A stretch of 63,121 bases of DNA, filler included, from Octopus bimaculoides (Eukaryota): NCBI RefSeq assembly GCF_001194135.2. It is 3 parts of 3 records of this genome, joined end to end, with 100 filler letters (N's around TTAATTAATTAA, not from the genome) between each part and the next. Parts side by side here need not be neighbours in the genome. Positions count along the whole stretch, not along the records: positions 1 to 30,213 come from NC_069005.1; 2 more parts are not named here. One strand, given 5' to 3'. Positions 1 to 12,599 of the stretch are shown here, piece by piece; the stretch's first letter is position 1; every line of letters begins with the position of its first letter. The notes under the pieces are model-generated. The model saw nothing but the letters and a program-made list of their open reading frames with translations, ran no database searches and was not told the DNA's origin. The translations under genes were made by a program, and so were the position numbers.

Positions 1-212
1 TATATATATATATATATTGATGCATGTATATATGTATGTATGTATATATATATATATTTGTATATGGATGTATATGCACACATATATTTATATATGGAAG
101 TATACACATACACACACACATATATGGATGCATATATACATATGTGTGTGTATGTATATATATATGTATACATAGTCTGTGTGTGTATATATATATATAT
201 GTATACATAGTC

Positions 213-244
<32 letters not shown>

Positions 245-350
245 CATATATATATGCATATATATGTATGCATGTATATATGTCTATATGTGCATATGTA
301 TGAACATATGTATGAATGTATACATGTGTTTATATGTATATGCATGTGTG
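1..350. repeat. Compound (TA)/(TG)/(TATG) microsatellite
   Basis: Continuous alternating dinucleotide runs; explains the YIYI/CVCV ORFs at 24-459. Confidence 0.95.
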
Positions 351-691
351 TGTATAATGGTAAAAGACAAATTAAAAAGAAATAAATTAAAACAAACGTT
401 TTAAATAAATAAAGTAAAATTAAAGGAAAGGAATTTATATAAAATGTGAGAAAAAGCATATCAATAACATAAATCTATACTATAATTCTGCCTGTTCGTT
501 CGTTCACATGTTACACTGTTTTGTGGTTAGCTGAAAGGAGAGGCAAAGAGTGAGGGTGAAAGAAATGTTAGCAACAAGTAGTAGGGGGGAAAGTAATAGT
601 CATTACGCTAAGATGCTGTCAAGTGGTTAGTAGAAGACGGAGGTAGAAAGAAAGAGATGTTAAGTGCAAGAGAATGTGGTATAGTTGAGGC

Positions 692-743
<52 letters not shown>

Positions 744-984
744 ATAAGTGACTGAGTGTTGACTGAAAGGAACTGAAAGGGTGTGGAATGCAGTTACATG
801 ATTTTAAATGTTATATAATAGAATATTATGACCAGCAAATGAAAATGAAAGTTTAGTTGTTCTCACAGGTTTTAATGTTCAAACATTTGTAGATCTTCAA
901 TCCGTCGATGTATCTATGTGGTTAAATATATTCATTAATGGATAAATAGAAAGATGAATGGGTAAATATGTCAACACATACACT

Positions 985-1195
985 TTTACCTCTTTTCAGT
1001 CATTTTGACTGTGGACATGCTGGAGCACCGCCTTTTAGTCAAAGAAAGCGACTCCTAGACTTATTCTTTGTAAGCCTGGTAGTTATTCTACCAGTCTCTT
1101 TTGCTGAACCGCTAAGTTACAGGGGGACGTAAACACACCAAGATTAGTTGTCAAGCAATGGTGGATGGACAAACACAGACGCAAACACACAAATA
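985..1195 (-). mobile_element. SINE family B, 3' half
   Basis: Reverse complement of the tail seen in the full copy at 6368-6796 (TAAGTACTAGGCTTACAAAGAATAAG...GGCGGTGCTCCAGCATG). Confidence 0.8.
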
Positions 1196-1260
1196 TATAC
1201 ATAATATTTATATTTATTTATATATATATATATATTATTATTATTATTATTATTATTATT

Positions 1261-1730
1261 AAGGTGGAAAGCTGGCAGAATCATTAGCACACTTGACAAA
1301 ATGCTTAGTAGTATTTCATCCACCTTAACATTTAGAGTTTAGATTCTAGTAAGGCTGACTTTGTTTTTCATCCTTTCAGGGTCAATAAAGAAGTACCAGT
1401 TGAACACTAGGGGCGATGTAACCGACTTACCCAACTCCCCAAAATACTGGCCTTGTGCCAAAATTTGAAACCATTATTATTATTATCATTATTATTATTA
1501 TTATTTTTTTTTTTTTTTTTAGTGTCACTATTACTTTGTGGGTGGTAGCGGTTGTTATTAGTAGAATCAGTAGAGCGACAGATGAAATGGTTTGCAATAT
1601 TTAGTAATGTCTCTTTACGGTCTAAATTGAGATGTTGCTTAGGTCAGACTTTGCCTTTCATGTCTTCAGGCTCGATTAAATGATGTAACAACCCCCATCA
1701 ACCTCCGATAATTTGTAGCCTTGTAACGAT
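1261..1730 (+). mobile_element. Two tandem SINE family A copies
   Basis: Head AAGGTGG..AGCTGGCAGAATC, core TTGCCTTTCATCCTTTC.GGGTC.ATAAA..GTACCAG, tail GGCCTTGTGCCAAAATTTGAAACCA(TTA)n; second copy more decayed. Confidence 0.85.
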
Positions 1731-3683
1731 GACAATGATATTTCTAAATCATTGTCAATACATCTTTTGCTACCTGTCCCTGTCATATCCCCCCCTTCAT
1801 CCCAGCCAACTTGTTACTTTAATTCTCTTTGATATCAGTTATTGTTATTTTTATTTTTATTTTCTGAGCTTTATACATACATACACACATACATATACAC
1901 ATACATACATACATACATATACTTTTCACCATCTATTTATTTTTGTTCCTCTCGTTTTCTCTCTATACATACATACATACTTACATACTATATTATATAT
2001 CTAAATTTATAAATAAATATATATATATTACATATCTATCATATATCTATGTATATGAATATATATATATATATATATATATANNNNNNNNNNNNNNNNN
2101 NNNNNNNNNNNNNNNNNNNNNNNNNNNNNNNNNNNNNNNNNNNNNNNNNNNNNNNNNNNNNNNNNNNNNNNNNNNNNNNNNNNGGCAACCAATATTTTTA
2201 GACCCAGTCTGCCACTGTATATATATATATATAAACATAAAAGGAATAAAGATTTAAAATCTGGGCAGGTACTACATTAGCACTCTGATATAACCCAGAT
2301 CTGGTTAAACACATCAAACGACAGGGAACATCCAGAATTGTTTAAGGTAAACAGTTATTTAGCACTTCACTCGGTAGGTAAATCCTGAGTTCACTTCATT
2401 GAATTTCATACAACATACAGAGTATATATAATCAAGGCATCACAAAGAAGAACAGAGAATTGTAACATCTTTAAAATTTTTTTATTACAGTATTATTTGC
2501 ATTAAATTCCAATCCGACAAATGTTTCTGCTAGATAACTGTCCTAATGTCCTTTGATGTACATATTCATCCAATGTAGACATTCCTATGCAGCTTTATTC
2601 AAGGTTTTACTCAGGTAGGTGAGTGAAGCAAACTGAGGATTTGAGTATAAAGTAGCCCTTCTTAAAGTATATTCTAGGTGAGGGATCATAAAACCTTAGG
2701 GTACATGACAGTTGAGATTGCTTTGAAATACAATATGTCTATTGTACTGGTATTTTTAGAATTTTAGGGAATAGATTATTTCATGTATTTAGTTGTAAAA
2801 AAAAAACAACCTTGATTAGGTCAGAATGCAGTCACCTCACTGACTATTCACAGTGAGAATGATATAATACCATATAAGATAAATGGTCAGATTTTAAAGG
2901 AATCGGAAGAAAGAGGAAATAAAAGAAACCTTGTTTTAATTTTAGTTTTCAAACCAGTCTATAACAGTAAAATTTCATATACTTATTTGAATATTAGAGG
3001 TGTTGTATTGATTGAGATGAGTAAGTTGAAATTCTAATCATATTTGGTCTAATCATATTTATGGAAAAGAAAAGCTATAATTTTGAGGTTTATTGTGAGA
3101 TTGTTAAAATGTAACTAGAGTAAATATGTGGTTATTTGACTAAGTTAACTTCTGAGCACTTCTATATATGTGATATCCAATTAAAAATCCTTATTTGGGA
3201 AGTATTTAAATAGTTTTCTAAATGAATGTGCACAATTCAGAGATAATTCATTTACGTGATTTATTAACCAGTAATTACAGGTAAAGATATGGAATATTTC
3301 TTTGAATAGATTACATCTCAAGTTCCTAATAGTATACAAGGAAACACTATGAATAATTGCCCATTTAATATCATATTTAGTGTCCTTATCCTTTAAGGTT
3401 CAGGCAAACCCACTCAAACTTGTACAATTCAATTTTTCCCTATTAATCAAAGGACATTAAGATTGCTTATCTGGCAGAAACACGTGTTAGATCGGAATTT
3501 AATGTGAATAATACTCTAATAAACAAATTTTAAAGACGGACAATTCTCCATGCTTCACACACACACACACACACACACTCATCATCATTATCAATCTCTG
3601 GACATTACTGTCTCCAGCCCTGGAACTCGTAGGGCTGGTTCCCCAGTTTCCACAATATAATTATGATTATGATTATTATTATT

Positions 3684-4239
3684 GAGTGAGAGAGCAGTGC
3701 ACACCATCAAAGTGACACTGGGGTACAAATATACGGAGCTCAATACAACCCTCATGACTACCTGTCTCATAAGGGTACACCAGGCAGGTGCATACAACCA
3801 TATGTGCATGTCATGGTAATCTCATATCAAAATAAACAGCACATGACCTTGCAGGTGGGGGTCCAGTTAGAATTTTCTACAGGTCAAGTAGCCCATCCTG
3901 CTCAAAAGGTCCCTAAATAAAGTTTGTTTAAGGATGATGAATGAAACATCCATATTTGTAGAGGTAAATTATTCAAACCCCAAAGAATTCCTCTCAACAC
4001 ATGGTTATGATGCTCCTCAACTCCTTCTGCTTGAGATCAGAGATGCACATATCATCAGCCATTAAGGGACATGCTCAAATGGTTAAGGTCAAGCAACTGA
4101 CAAGCAAATCTGTGGTATTGAGCAGAATATTTGCTGCATCCCATCTTTTACACCAAGACAAAACATATACTTGATAACACTTCCAATTAATTAAGATCAG
4201 AAGTAATGAGAGCCACGGCCTGGTACTGCATCAGGGCAT
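3684..4239. mobile_element. ~550 bp non-autonomous element (family C), copy 1
   Basis: Colinear with 37383-37925 and 56424-56930; both ends abut (ATT)n; no ORF and no TIRs; orientation unresolved. Confidence 0.85.
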
Positions 4240-4256
4240 CTATTATTATCCTTATT

Positions 4257-4750
4257 AAGGTGGCAAGCTGCCAGAATCATTAACACGCCAGATGAAATGC
4301 TTAGCAGTATTTCGCTTATCGCAATGTCCTGAGTTCAAATTCTGCCGAGGTTGATTTTGTCTTTCGTCTTTTCGGGGTCAATAAATCAAGCACTAGACAA
4401 GCACTGAGGTCAAAGTGATCAACTCCCTGCCTCCCCGGAAATTCAAGGCCTTGTGCCTGTAGTAGAACGGTTTATTATTATCATTACTATCATCGTTATC
4501 ATTATCTTGAAGACGGTGAGCTGACAGAATCGTTAGCATGCAGGGCAAAATGCTTCGTGGCGTTTCGTCTGTCCTTATGTTCTGAGTTCAAATATCACTA
4601 AGGTTGATTTTCGCCTTTCATTTCTTCAGGATTAATAAAATAAGTACCAGTTGTACACTGGGGTCGATGTAATCCACTTGCCCCTTCCACCAAACTCGCT
4701 GGCCTTGTGCCAAAATTTTAAATCAATATTATTATTATTACTATTATTAA
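4257..4750 (+). mobile_element. Two tandem SINE family A copies
   Basis: Same head, B-box-like GAGTTCAAAT, core and (TTA)n tails. Confidence 0.85.
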
Positions 4751-4919
4751 TAGTATTAGAATTTATATTAGGAAGGGAGGGGAAGAAGACAAGATTTGTT
4801 TGTTTGTTTGTTTTCTTTTTTTCTTGAAACTCTGTTGCGTTTACTGATGCTATTGCTAGTGGTGATGATGATGATGATGATTCTAATGTTAATGCTGCTG
4901 AAGCAATGCTGCTGCTACT

Positions 4920-5410
4920 ATTGCTACTACTTCTGCTACCTATATCATGTATGCCTGACTCTACTACTACTACTACTACTACAACTACTGCTACTACTGC
5001 TACTACTACTACTATGATGTATGTTTAATTCTACTACTACTACTACTGTGTATGTTTAATTCTAATACTACTACTACTAATACTACTATGTTTACTACTA
5101 CTATGTATGTTTAATTCTACTACTACTAGTATGTATGTTTAATTCTACTACTACTACTACTATGTATGTTTAATTCTACTTCTACTACTAACGTGTATAT
5201 TTACTACTACTACTACTGTGTATGTTTACTACTACTATGTATGTTTAATAGTAGTAGTAATTCTACTTCTACTACCACTACTAATATGTATAATTCTACT
5301 ACTACTACTACTATGTATACTTAATTCTTCTACTACTACTACTACTAACGTGTATGTTTACTACTACTACTATGTATGTTTAATTCTACTACTACTACTA
5401 CTACTACATA
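4920..5410. repeat. (TAC)n microsatellite with higher-order unit TATGTATGTTTAATTC(TAC)n
   Basis: Spacer motif recurs more than ten times between TAC runs. Confidence 0.9.
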
Positions 5411-5889
5411 GTATGATATATACTTTGAGATGTTCTGTTGGATTTTCTTGTATATGTATAGCATGGTATATTCCCAGATATTCCATGAAATGCTTTCGTT
5501 CATGGTATGTTGTGGTATCTTATATTAAATACACTCTTAAATATTTTGTAGTGCGTATGATGTATACTCTGATACACCAAGGATTCATTTTTTAATATAC
5601 ACGCATACACACACACTGACACATGTTTATGCATTTATATATACAAAGCTCTATGGGTGAAGTTGGTAGATGGAAACTGAAAGAAGCCTTTGAGTGAATT
5701 TTTATGTTTGTTTTTGATAACTAGAAAATGGGGGAAGACGATGAAACTCAGAAATTCAATGCTTTTTAGATGTGATTTTCTTTTCAGAAGTTTCAGATAT
5801 TGAAACCCGTATGATTTTATTCTTATTGATTTTTAATACACACATTCCATTTTATTGAGGGGGAAAAAATAACATCCATCTACACCCAT

Positions 5890-6300
5890 TATTCCTGGAA
5901 GGGTTCTGAGATAGAGTCCTCAGGGTCCTCCTTGATAAAGTTCTATCAACAGCAGCTGTCATTATTCTTCCCAGTTGGATTCTTAAGCATGACAAACTTT
6001 GTAGATATTATCCAACCATTTCATTCTTGGTCTGCTTCTAGGTCTCCTATTGGTTTGTTATGCTCGAAGAATTTGCCTTGTGATTCTTAACTATGATATT
6101 CTAAATCGCATGTCAGAAGTACCAAAGCTGTGACTTCTCAGTACGAAGAAGTTGTAGCTTAACCTCCAAGAGACTCCCTAATTTCCAAGCTATGCACCCT
6201 GTTGAGTAGTATATTACTCCTGAGGAATCCTATTTCAGACGCTTGTCTTTCTGATTATACTCTTTCGATCATTACATAACATTCGTAACAAATGGTGATA
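5890..6300 (-). mobile_element. Decayed RTE-type LINE 3' end
   Basis: Minus strand resembles an RTE C-terminus (..R.R.R..W.DNI..); homologous to 9930-10240 (+) and 17790-18450 (-). Confidence 0.55.
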
Positions 6301-6367
6301 ATAGGTATGAAGAATCAAATTATAAAAAATATAAGAAATTAAATAAAAAATTTAAATGTTCTTAAAT

Positions 6368-6796
6368 AGGCGTAGGAGTGGCTGTGTGGTAAGTAGCTTG
6401 CTAACCAACCACATGGTTCCGGGTTCAGTCTCACTGCATGGCATCTTGGGCAAGTGTCTCCTACTATAGCCTTGGGCCAACCAAAGCCTTGTGAGTGGAT
6501 TTGGCAGACAGAATCTGAAAGAAGCCTGTCGTATATATGTATATATGTGTGTNNNNNNNNNNGTGTGTGTGTGTATATGTTTGTGTGTCTGTGTCTGCCC
6601 CCCCCCCCACATCGCTTGACTATCGATGCTGGTGTGTTTACTTCTCTGTAACTTAGCGGTTCGGCAAAAGAGACCGATAGAATAAGTACTAGGCTTCCAA
6701 AGAATAAGTGCTGGGGTTGATTTGCTCAACTAAAGGTGGTGCTCCAGCATGGCCACAATCTAAAGACTGAAACAAGTAAAAGAGTAAAAGAGTAAA
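6368..6796 (+). mobile_element. SINE family B, full length
   Basis: tRNA-like head (GTGGCTGTGTGGTAAG...GGGTTCAGTC), CTTGGGCAAGTGTC domain, internal (TA/TG) microsatellite, tail ending in (AAAAGAGT)n. Confidence 0.9.
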
Positions 6797-7924
6797 ATTA
6801 TGTGATATTCATTTTGGTAGCATTATTGATACTGACAATAACTGTATTAGGCTAATGCATAACTCTCCTATTTAAACTTACATTATTTAAACAACTAAAA
6901 ATTTCTCTCTTTGCATATTAGTCTGAATCATGATTAAATACATTTAAATCATTAGCGTTTAAGGATTAGTTTATTCTGGTCTTTGATTTAATTGATGCTA
7001 TTTTATATGTACATTTACATCAAATTACATAAACACTCGTGCACATGCTCACACATGTATGTATAAATGGTTTTGTGTGTATTTATTTGACTTTTACAAT
7101 TACTAATATTAATGTTCTTCATTATGTTTGGTATTACAAATAATACGAAATTTCTTCATTCTTTAATCATAAATCTCTTGCTTAATACATTTGCTTTGTT
7201 TTAAATTCCACTGAAAGCTTGTCTTCTAGAATGATTTTGCATTTGAAAATTTTGCATGGTAACCAATTTGAATTTGCTATTAAACTTCAACCAGTTTAAA
7301 TTGAATATTTTAAAAAGTAGTCTGGAGAATTTGTTTTTCTTTACTCAAGTACAACAGTTACATGTGATGTTTTTGTTGTTATTGTCGTTTTATTTCAGGT
7401 TGTTTTTGCTTTTTTATTTTTTATCTTTTTTCCCCGCAGCTCCACTGACTTAAATGTCTCAAATCCAAATTTTAGGTCTTCAAAACTTGGAGTTAGCAAC
7501 ATGATTTTTTTTTCTTTATCCTCTTAGGAAGCGAGAGTCTTCTTTTTGGAAAGAGAAGATAATAAGTAAAAGATGTAATTACAATTAAAATGAAAATTAA
7601 ATTAAAAGCATTAAATAAATAAAAAGTTAAAAACTAAACCGCTACAAAAAAAAATAGGCAAAAATAAATGTGCCTTGGTGGTTGTGATGCTTGCTTCCAA
7701 AGCATGTGAGCTTTGGTTCAGTTACATTGTCCAGCACCTTGAGCAAGTATCTTCTACTATAGCTTTGATCCAAACAATGACTTATAAGTGGATTTCATAA
7801 ATGGAAACTGAACAAAGCCCATCATACATAAATATATATAGTTAAGTTAGAGAATATTCTGTTAAGAATGTAGTACTGTATAAAGACCATCAGTATAAAT
7901 GTCCTTGTTGACACCATTTTTTTC

Positions 7925-7963
<39 letters not shown>

Positions 7964-8008
7964 AGTCAGTAAATGGTGGAGTTGTGTTAACCACACGTGG
8001 AGAAATAA

Positions 8009-9021
8009 TAGGAAAATAAATAATAATAATAAGGTAGAATGCTAAACTGAAAGCATGTTTTAATATACACGTGCATAAGGAGGATTAAAAAGGATTTCTA
8101 GCCTGCTTTCATTGCATTGCAAATTTTCAAGAAGAGGGTAAATGAAAATAATGTTTTTTACAAAAATATAAAAAATATATTAAAAAATAAATATACCAAT
8201 ACATTATATTGTCTTTGAGCTTTTAAAGTTTAATGGTAATCCATGTAGATAATTGTTAGAAAGATTAGGATGCATGGAATTAAGAATCAGGTTGTGCTTA
8301 AAAAAGGCTGAGAGTTTATGTGTTAAACAGGATGTGTGGTGTCAAAACAGGAAGTGTGTGTAAGGGAAGACAACTCTGTGGGTTTTATACTCTGTAGTTG
8401 GAGTTCTGGACTCTTTGTCAACAGGAAGTTTATGTGTGTTCTTAGAGAAACAAGAAGTAAATTTATATGTATTTCAATGGGTAGGTGAGAGAGGGGNNNN
8501 NNNNNNTTCTTAGAGAAACAAGAAGTAAATTTATATGTATTTCAATGGGTAGGTGAGAGAGGGGAATATGGTCACCAAGGAGTTTGTATGTTAAGAAGCG
8601 TTTGGAATTTCTCTATATTTCTCTTTTTATAGAGAAATAGTATAAAACCCACAGAATTGTCTTCCCTTACACACACTTCCTGTTTTGACACCACACTTCC
8701 TGTTTAACACAAACTCTCAGCCTTTTTTAAACATAACATGATTCTTAATTCCATGCATCCTAATCTATCTAACAATTATCTACATGGATTACCATTAAAC
8801 TTTAAAAGCTCAAAGACAATATAATGTATTGGTATATTTATTTTTTAATATATTTTTTATATTTTTGTAAGAAACATTATTTTCATTTCCTCTCTTCTTG
8901 AAAATTTGCCATGCAATGAAAGCAGTTTAGAAATCCTTTTTAATCCTCCTTATGCACATCTCTATTAAAATATGCTTTTAGTTTAGCATTCTGCCTTATT
9001 ATTATTATTATTTTTTATTTT

Positions 9022-9025
<4 letters not shown>
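8009..9025. mobile_element. Long-TIR foldback/MITE-like element
   Basis: 8009-8391 is the near-perfect reverse complement of 8639-9025 (~385 bp arms); TA at both outer ends; no ORF. Confidence 0.8.
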
Positions 9026-9067
<42 letters not shown>

Positions 9068-9082
9068 TATACATACATGCAC

Positions 9083-9290
9083 GTGAGGAGGTGTTAAAAG
9101 GTTCCTGGTTTTAAGAGTATTGTGAAAGGCCTGGTTGGAAACCCGATCTCTTGAGTTGTTTTACAGGGCTTAGAAAAACTTAGGACTCCTGCAATAAGTG
9201 TGTGAATCTGGGAGGGGAATATTTGTATAGTTAACTGATCTTCTCGTATTTTTTTACCCAGATCCAGGAACTGTTCAGCACACCCTTGTG
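9083..9290. mobile_element. mariner-derived MITE
   Basis: Imperfect TIRs (GGTGTTAAAAGGTTCCTGG / CCAGGAACTGTTCAGCACACC); internal frame NKCVNLGGEY resembles a mariner transposase C-terminus; inverted homologue at 14391-14614. Confidence 0.7.
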
Positions 9291-9929
9291 TGTATGTGTG
9301 TCTCTTTGATATTGCATTATGTTTGTTCTCTCCCACGACTTACTGCTTCAGTAAAAGAGACTAATAAAATAAGCACCAGGTATGAAAGACAAGTACTTGG
9401 GTTTGATTTACTCAGCTAAATCCTTTAAGGTGTTTTTTTCCACCATGACTGGAACAAGTAAAAGATAGAAAATTTAATGAATAAAGAATTGCAGTTTGTT
9501 ATTTTAAGCAATTTTTTTTTCTGTCCTTCATAAAAAAATTATGCAACTGAAGATTATCAGTGATAATTGTTGACTGTAGCTAACTGTCTGCTGTTTTCAT
9601 GCTTGATCTTGATGTTTCTTTGCTTTGATCATCTGTCGGCTAATTGATAGGCTAAAATAACTCCTGACATTTTTGATGACCAACCTCCCCTCTAGTTACC
9701 ACTCTTTATAGTGTTTATGGCATTTAGCAATAAACATCGTGACATGTGACATTCACCATCATGGCCATGTTGTTAGGAAGTTTGTTTTGCATCTGTATGG
9801 TTTTGGGTTTCAATTCCACTCTGTGGTTCTTTGAACAAGAGTCTTTGCTTTGAGCAAGTTTTATCTTGGGTTCAGGCTGACTAGAGCCATGCAAGTGGAG
9901 TACAGTGAACTGAAACTGAGGAGTTTAAG

Positions 9930-10240
9930 AAACAAATGGACCTCTGGAGTAACATAACTCAACAAAGCACAAAGCCCAGAGACTGGGGAATCTCTCCAAG
10001 TCAAGTGGTTACACCTCTGCATTGAGAATTCACATATCAGGCCCTGTGTGCATGTGATTAGAATGTCAGAAGGAAGAGTCACAAGAGAGATTCTTCAAGC
10101 CCAGTCAGCCAGCTGCACCCTAAGTGATGGTTGGTTATCAGTTGGTCTCAGTTGGTCAAGCTTGGGAATCAAGCTAGGAAGTGTAATGACAGTTGTTTCA
10201 GATAGGACCCTGTGAAGGAAGTGCTTGAGGACTCTTTGGT
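9930..10240 (+). mobile_element. Decayed RTE-type LINE 3' end
   Basis: Homologous to 5890-6300 and 17790-18450 in the opposite orientation. Confidence 0.5.
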
Positions 10241-10489
10241 GGAATTTGAACTCAGAATATAAAGACAGACATAAATACAAACAGCTGATGGGCTTTTTAA
10301 ATAGTCTTCATTTACCAATTTTCACTCACTGTGCATTTGTCAATTTCAGACGATGGTGAAAATTTTTTGGTATTTTGTGTCAAAATTCTGATTTCTTTAA
10401 TCATACTGCTATTAGCACATCCCTTAAATATTTATATGTATTTAACTTCCAGCTAAATGATTAGATATTATCTTTGTTCATCATCATCA

Positions 10490-10980
10490 TCATCATCATC
10501 ATTTAACATCCACTCTCCATGTTGGCATGGATTAGACAGTTTGACTGGAGCTGATATGCCAGAGAACTGCACCATGTTCCAGTCTGATTTGGTATGGGTT
10601 CTACCACTGGATATTCTTCCTAACACCGACAATGACCATGATTACGATTCATGTGTGTGTGTCTTTTACAAGGCACTGGCAACAACCATGACTATGATTC
10701 ACTGGTGGGGGTACCATTTACATGGCACCAGCAACGACCATGATTATGATTCATAGGTGGGTGCTTTTTATATGGCACTGGCAATGACCATGACTACGAT
10801 TCACTGGTGGGTACCATTTATATGGCACCGACAATGACCATGGCTATGATTCATGGGTGGGTGCCATTTACGTGGCACCGGCAACAACCATGACTACAAT
10901 TCATAGGTGCCATTTGCACAGCACCAGCAACGATGAAGACTCATAGGTGCCATTTACATGGCACTACCAACAACCGTGGT
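10490..10980 (-). mobile_element. RTE-related 3' end containing a 50 bp tandem array
   Basis: Begins (on +) CATTTAACATCC..TCCATGTTGGCATGG like 23295; units AA(T/C)GACCATG start at 10631, 10681, 10733, 10783, 10833, 10883. Confidence 0.7.
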
Positions 10981-11195
10981 TCTTTTCTACTCTAAAGCAC
11001 AAGGCCTGAAATTTTGGGGGAGGGGACCAGTCAATAAGATCGACCCCCAGTATGCAACTGGTACTTAATTTATCAACCCTGAAAGGATGAAAGGCAAAGT
11101 CGACCTCAGCAGAATTTGAACGCACAACGTAAAGACAGATGAAATACTACTAAGTATTTCACCTGGTGTGCCGACGTTTCTGCCAGCTCACCGCC
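10980..11195 (-). mobile_element. SINE family A
   Basis: Reverse complement of the head, core (GAAAGGATGAAAGGCAAAGTCGACCTC) and tail. Confidence 0.85.
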
Positions 11196-11779
11196 AACGG
11201 CACTGTCAATGACCATTGACTCCGATGCACAGGTGTCATTTACATGATAATTGTAGGGAGATTTCTTTTTTTTATTCAAAGGCCATCATATGTCACCTAA
11301 AAACTTGCAGCATGTTTGCAGATGCATGCATGCACATGTCGTACATTTGTCATTGCTGCAATAATAGAAAATACTTGCCTTTGATGCTATGCAGTGGGAA
11401 CTGAACACGGAATCATGTGGCTGCAAAGGAGACCTCTTCACAACACGATCGTAAAGAATTTAATGCTTGAAAATTATTAGTGAATTACCGAAAGTAGTTT
11501 AAAAATTAAAGAAAGTGAAACGACTGTTTCAGGAAAAATTAGAGAAAGAGGAAATTCTGAAAATTAATACATCAAAATTTGGGTGCACAATGCAAACATT
11601 TTACTGAACATATTTTCAAAGAAAACATTTCCCCTGCACATGACTGCACATATGTGCATGCATTCATATGCAAGTGTATGTGTGTTTGGACATGCTTCAA
11701 ATAATCGCTGGCACCTCTATGTGAATGCGATCGAACATGCATCAAGTAATTTCTGTTTCCATTGTGTACCTGTACATTC

Positions 11780-12500
11780 ATGTGTGCACGTGTGTGTGTG
11801 TGTGTGAAGTGTCTTGTATATGTGCATTCATGTGTGTGTTGCATGTGAGTATTCATGTGTGCTGTGTGTGCATTTTGAGTATGTATGCATTCGTATTCAT
11901 GTATGTGTATTGTGTATTGTCATGCATGTTGTATGCATGTGTTCGTGTGTGTTGTGCATGTGCTCATATTTGTGCATGCATATGAGTGTGCATGCGTGCA
12001 CATTCTTGAGCGTATGTCCTTGCATATTTTTTGTATTTGTGCGTTTTCATGTGTGCTGTGTATATGTTTGTGTGTGTTGTATCTGCGTGTGTGTTTATGA
12101 ATGTTTGTGTGAATGTGTGTATGTGCATATTATGTATGCGAATAGCTGCATGTGTGTAAATGTGTAATTTAACATCTTTCAAAGAAATTCTATACCCTAG
12201 AGAAGTGCATTGTTTGAATATGTTTGTGTGTGTGTGTATGTATGTACTTTCATGTGTATAGAAGTGCATTGTTTCAATATGTGCTTGTATACATGTTACT
12301 TTCACATGTATTCATGTGGACACAATAGTACATGCATGCATGTGTGTTTGTGTATTTAATTTAATATGCCTCAAAGAAAACTTGTCTACCGTGTGTGTAG
12401 AGGGCAGGGCTGGGGAGTTTGTGCACAATTTAACAAATTTCAAAGAAAATTTAACCTGAATATGCGTATGCATATGTGTTCAGTTGTGTGTGTGTGCGTC
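11780..12500. repeat. Degenerate (TG)/(TATG)/(CATG) low-complexity tract
   Basis: Composition; source of the CV-rich ORFs. Confidence 0.9.
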
Positions 12501-12599
12501 TGCATCTGTGTGCACATAATTGTATGCATTCATCCTTAAACAGCAACGACTGCATCACAAAGATTGGTGTTTCTCTGCAGCTACCAACTACTAAACATG

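Noticed and set aside
869-962. CAG|GT TTT AAT GTT CAA ACA (GFNVQT...W), reminiscent of the Arf-family GFNVET exon start
   Set aside because: The WDxGGQ motif is absent and the frame stops soon after; likely chance in AT-rich DNA.
5788-5808. 21 nt AG..GT microexon candidate
   Set aside because: Good splice signals but too short to distinguish from chance without RNA data.
8439-8564. 58 bp direct repeat either side of a 10-N gap
   Set aside because: Exact duplicate at a contig junction; an unmerged overlap.
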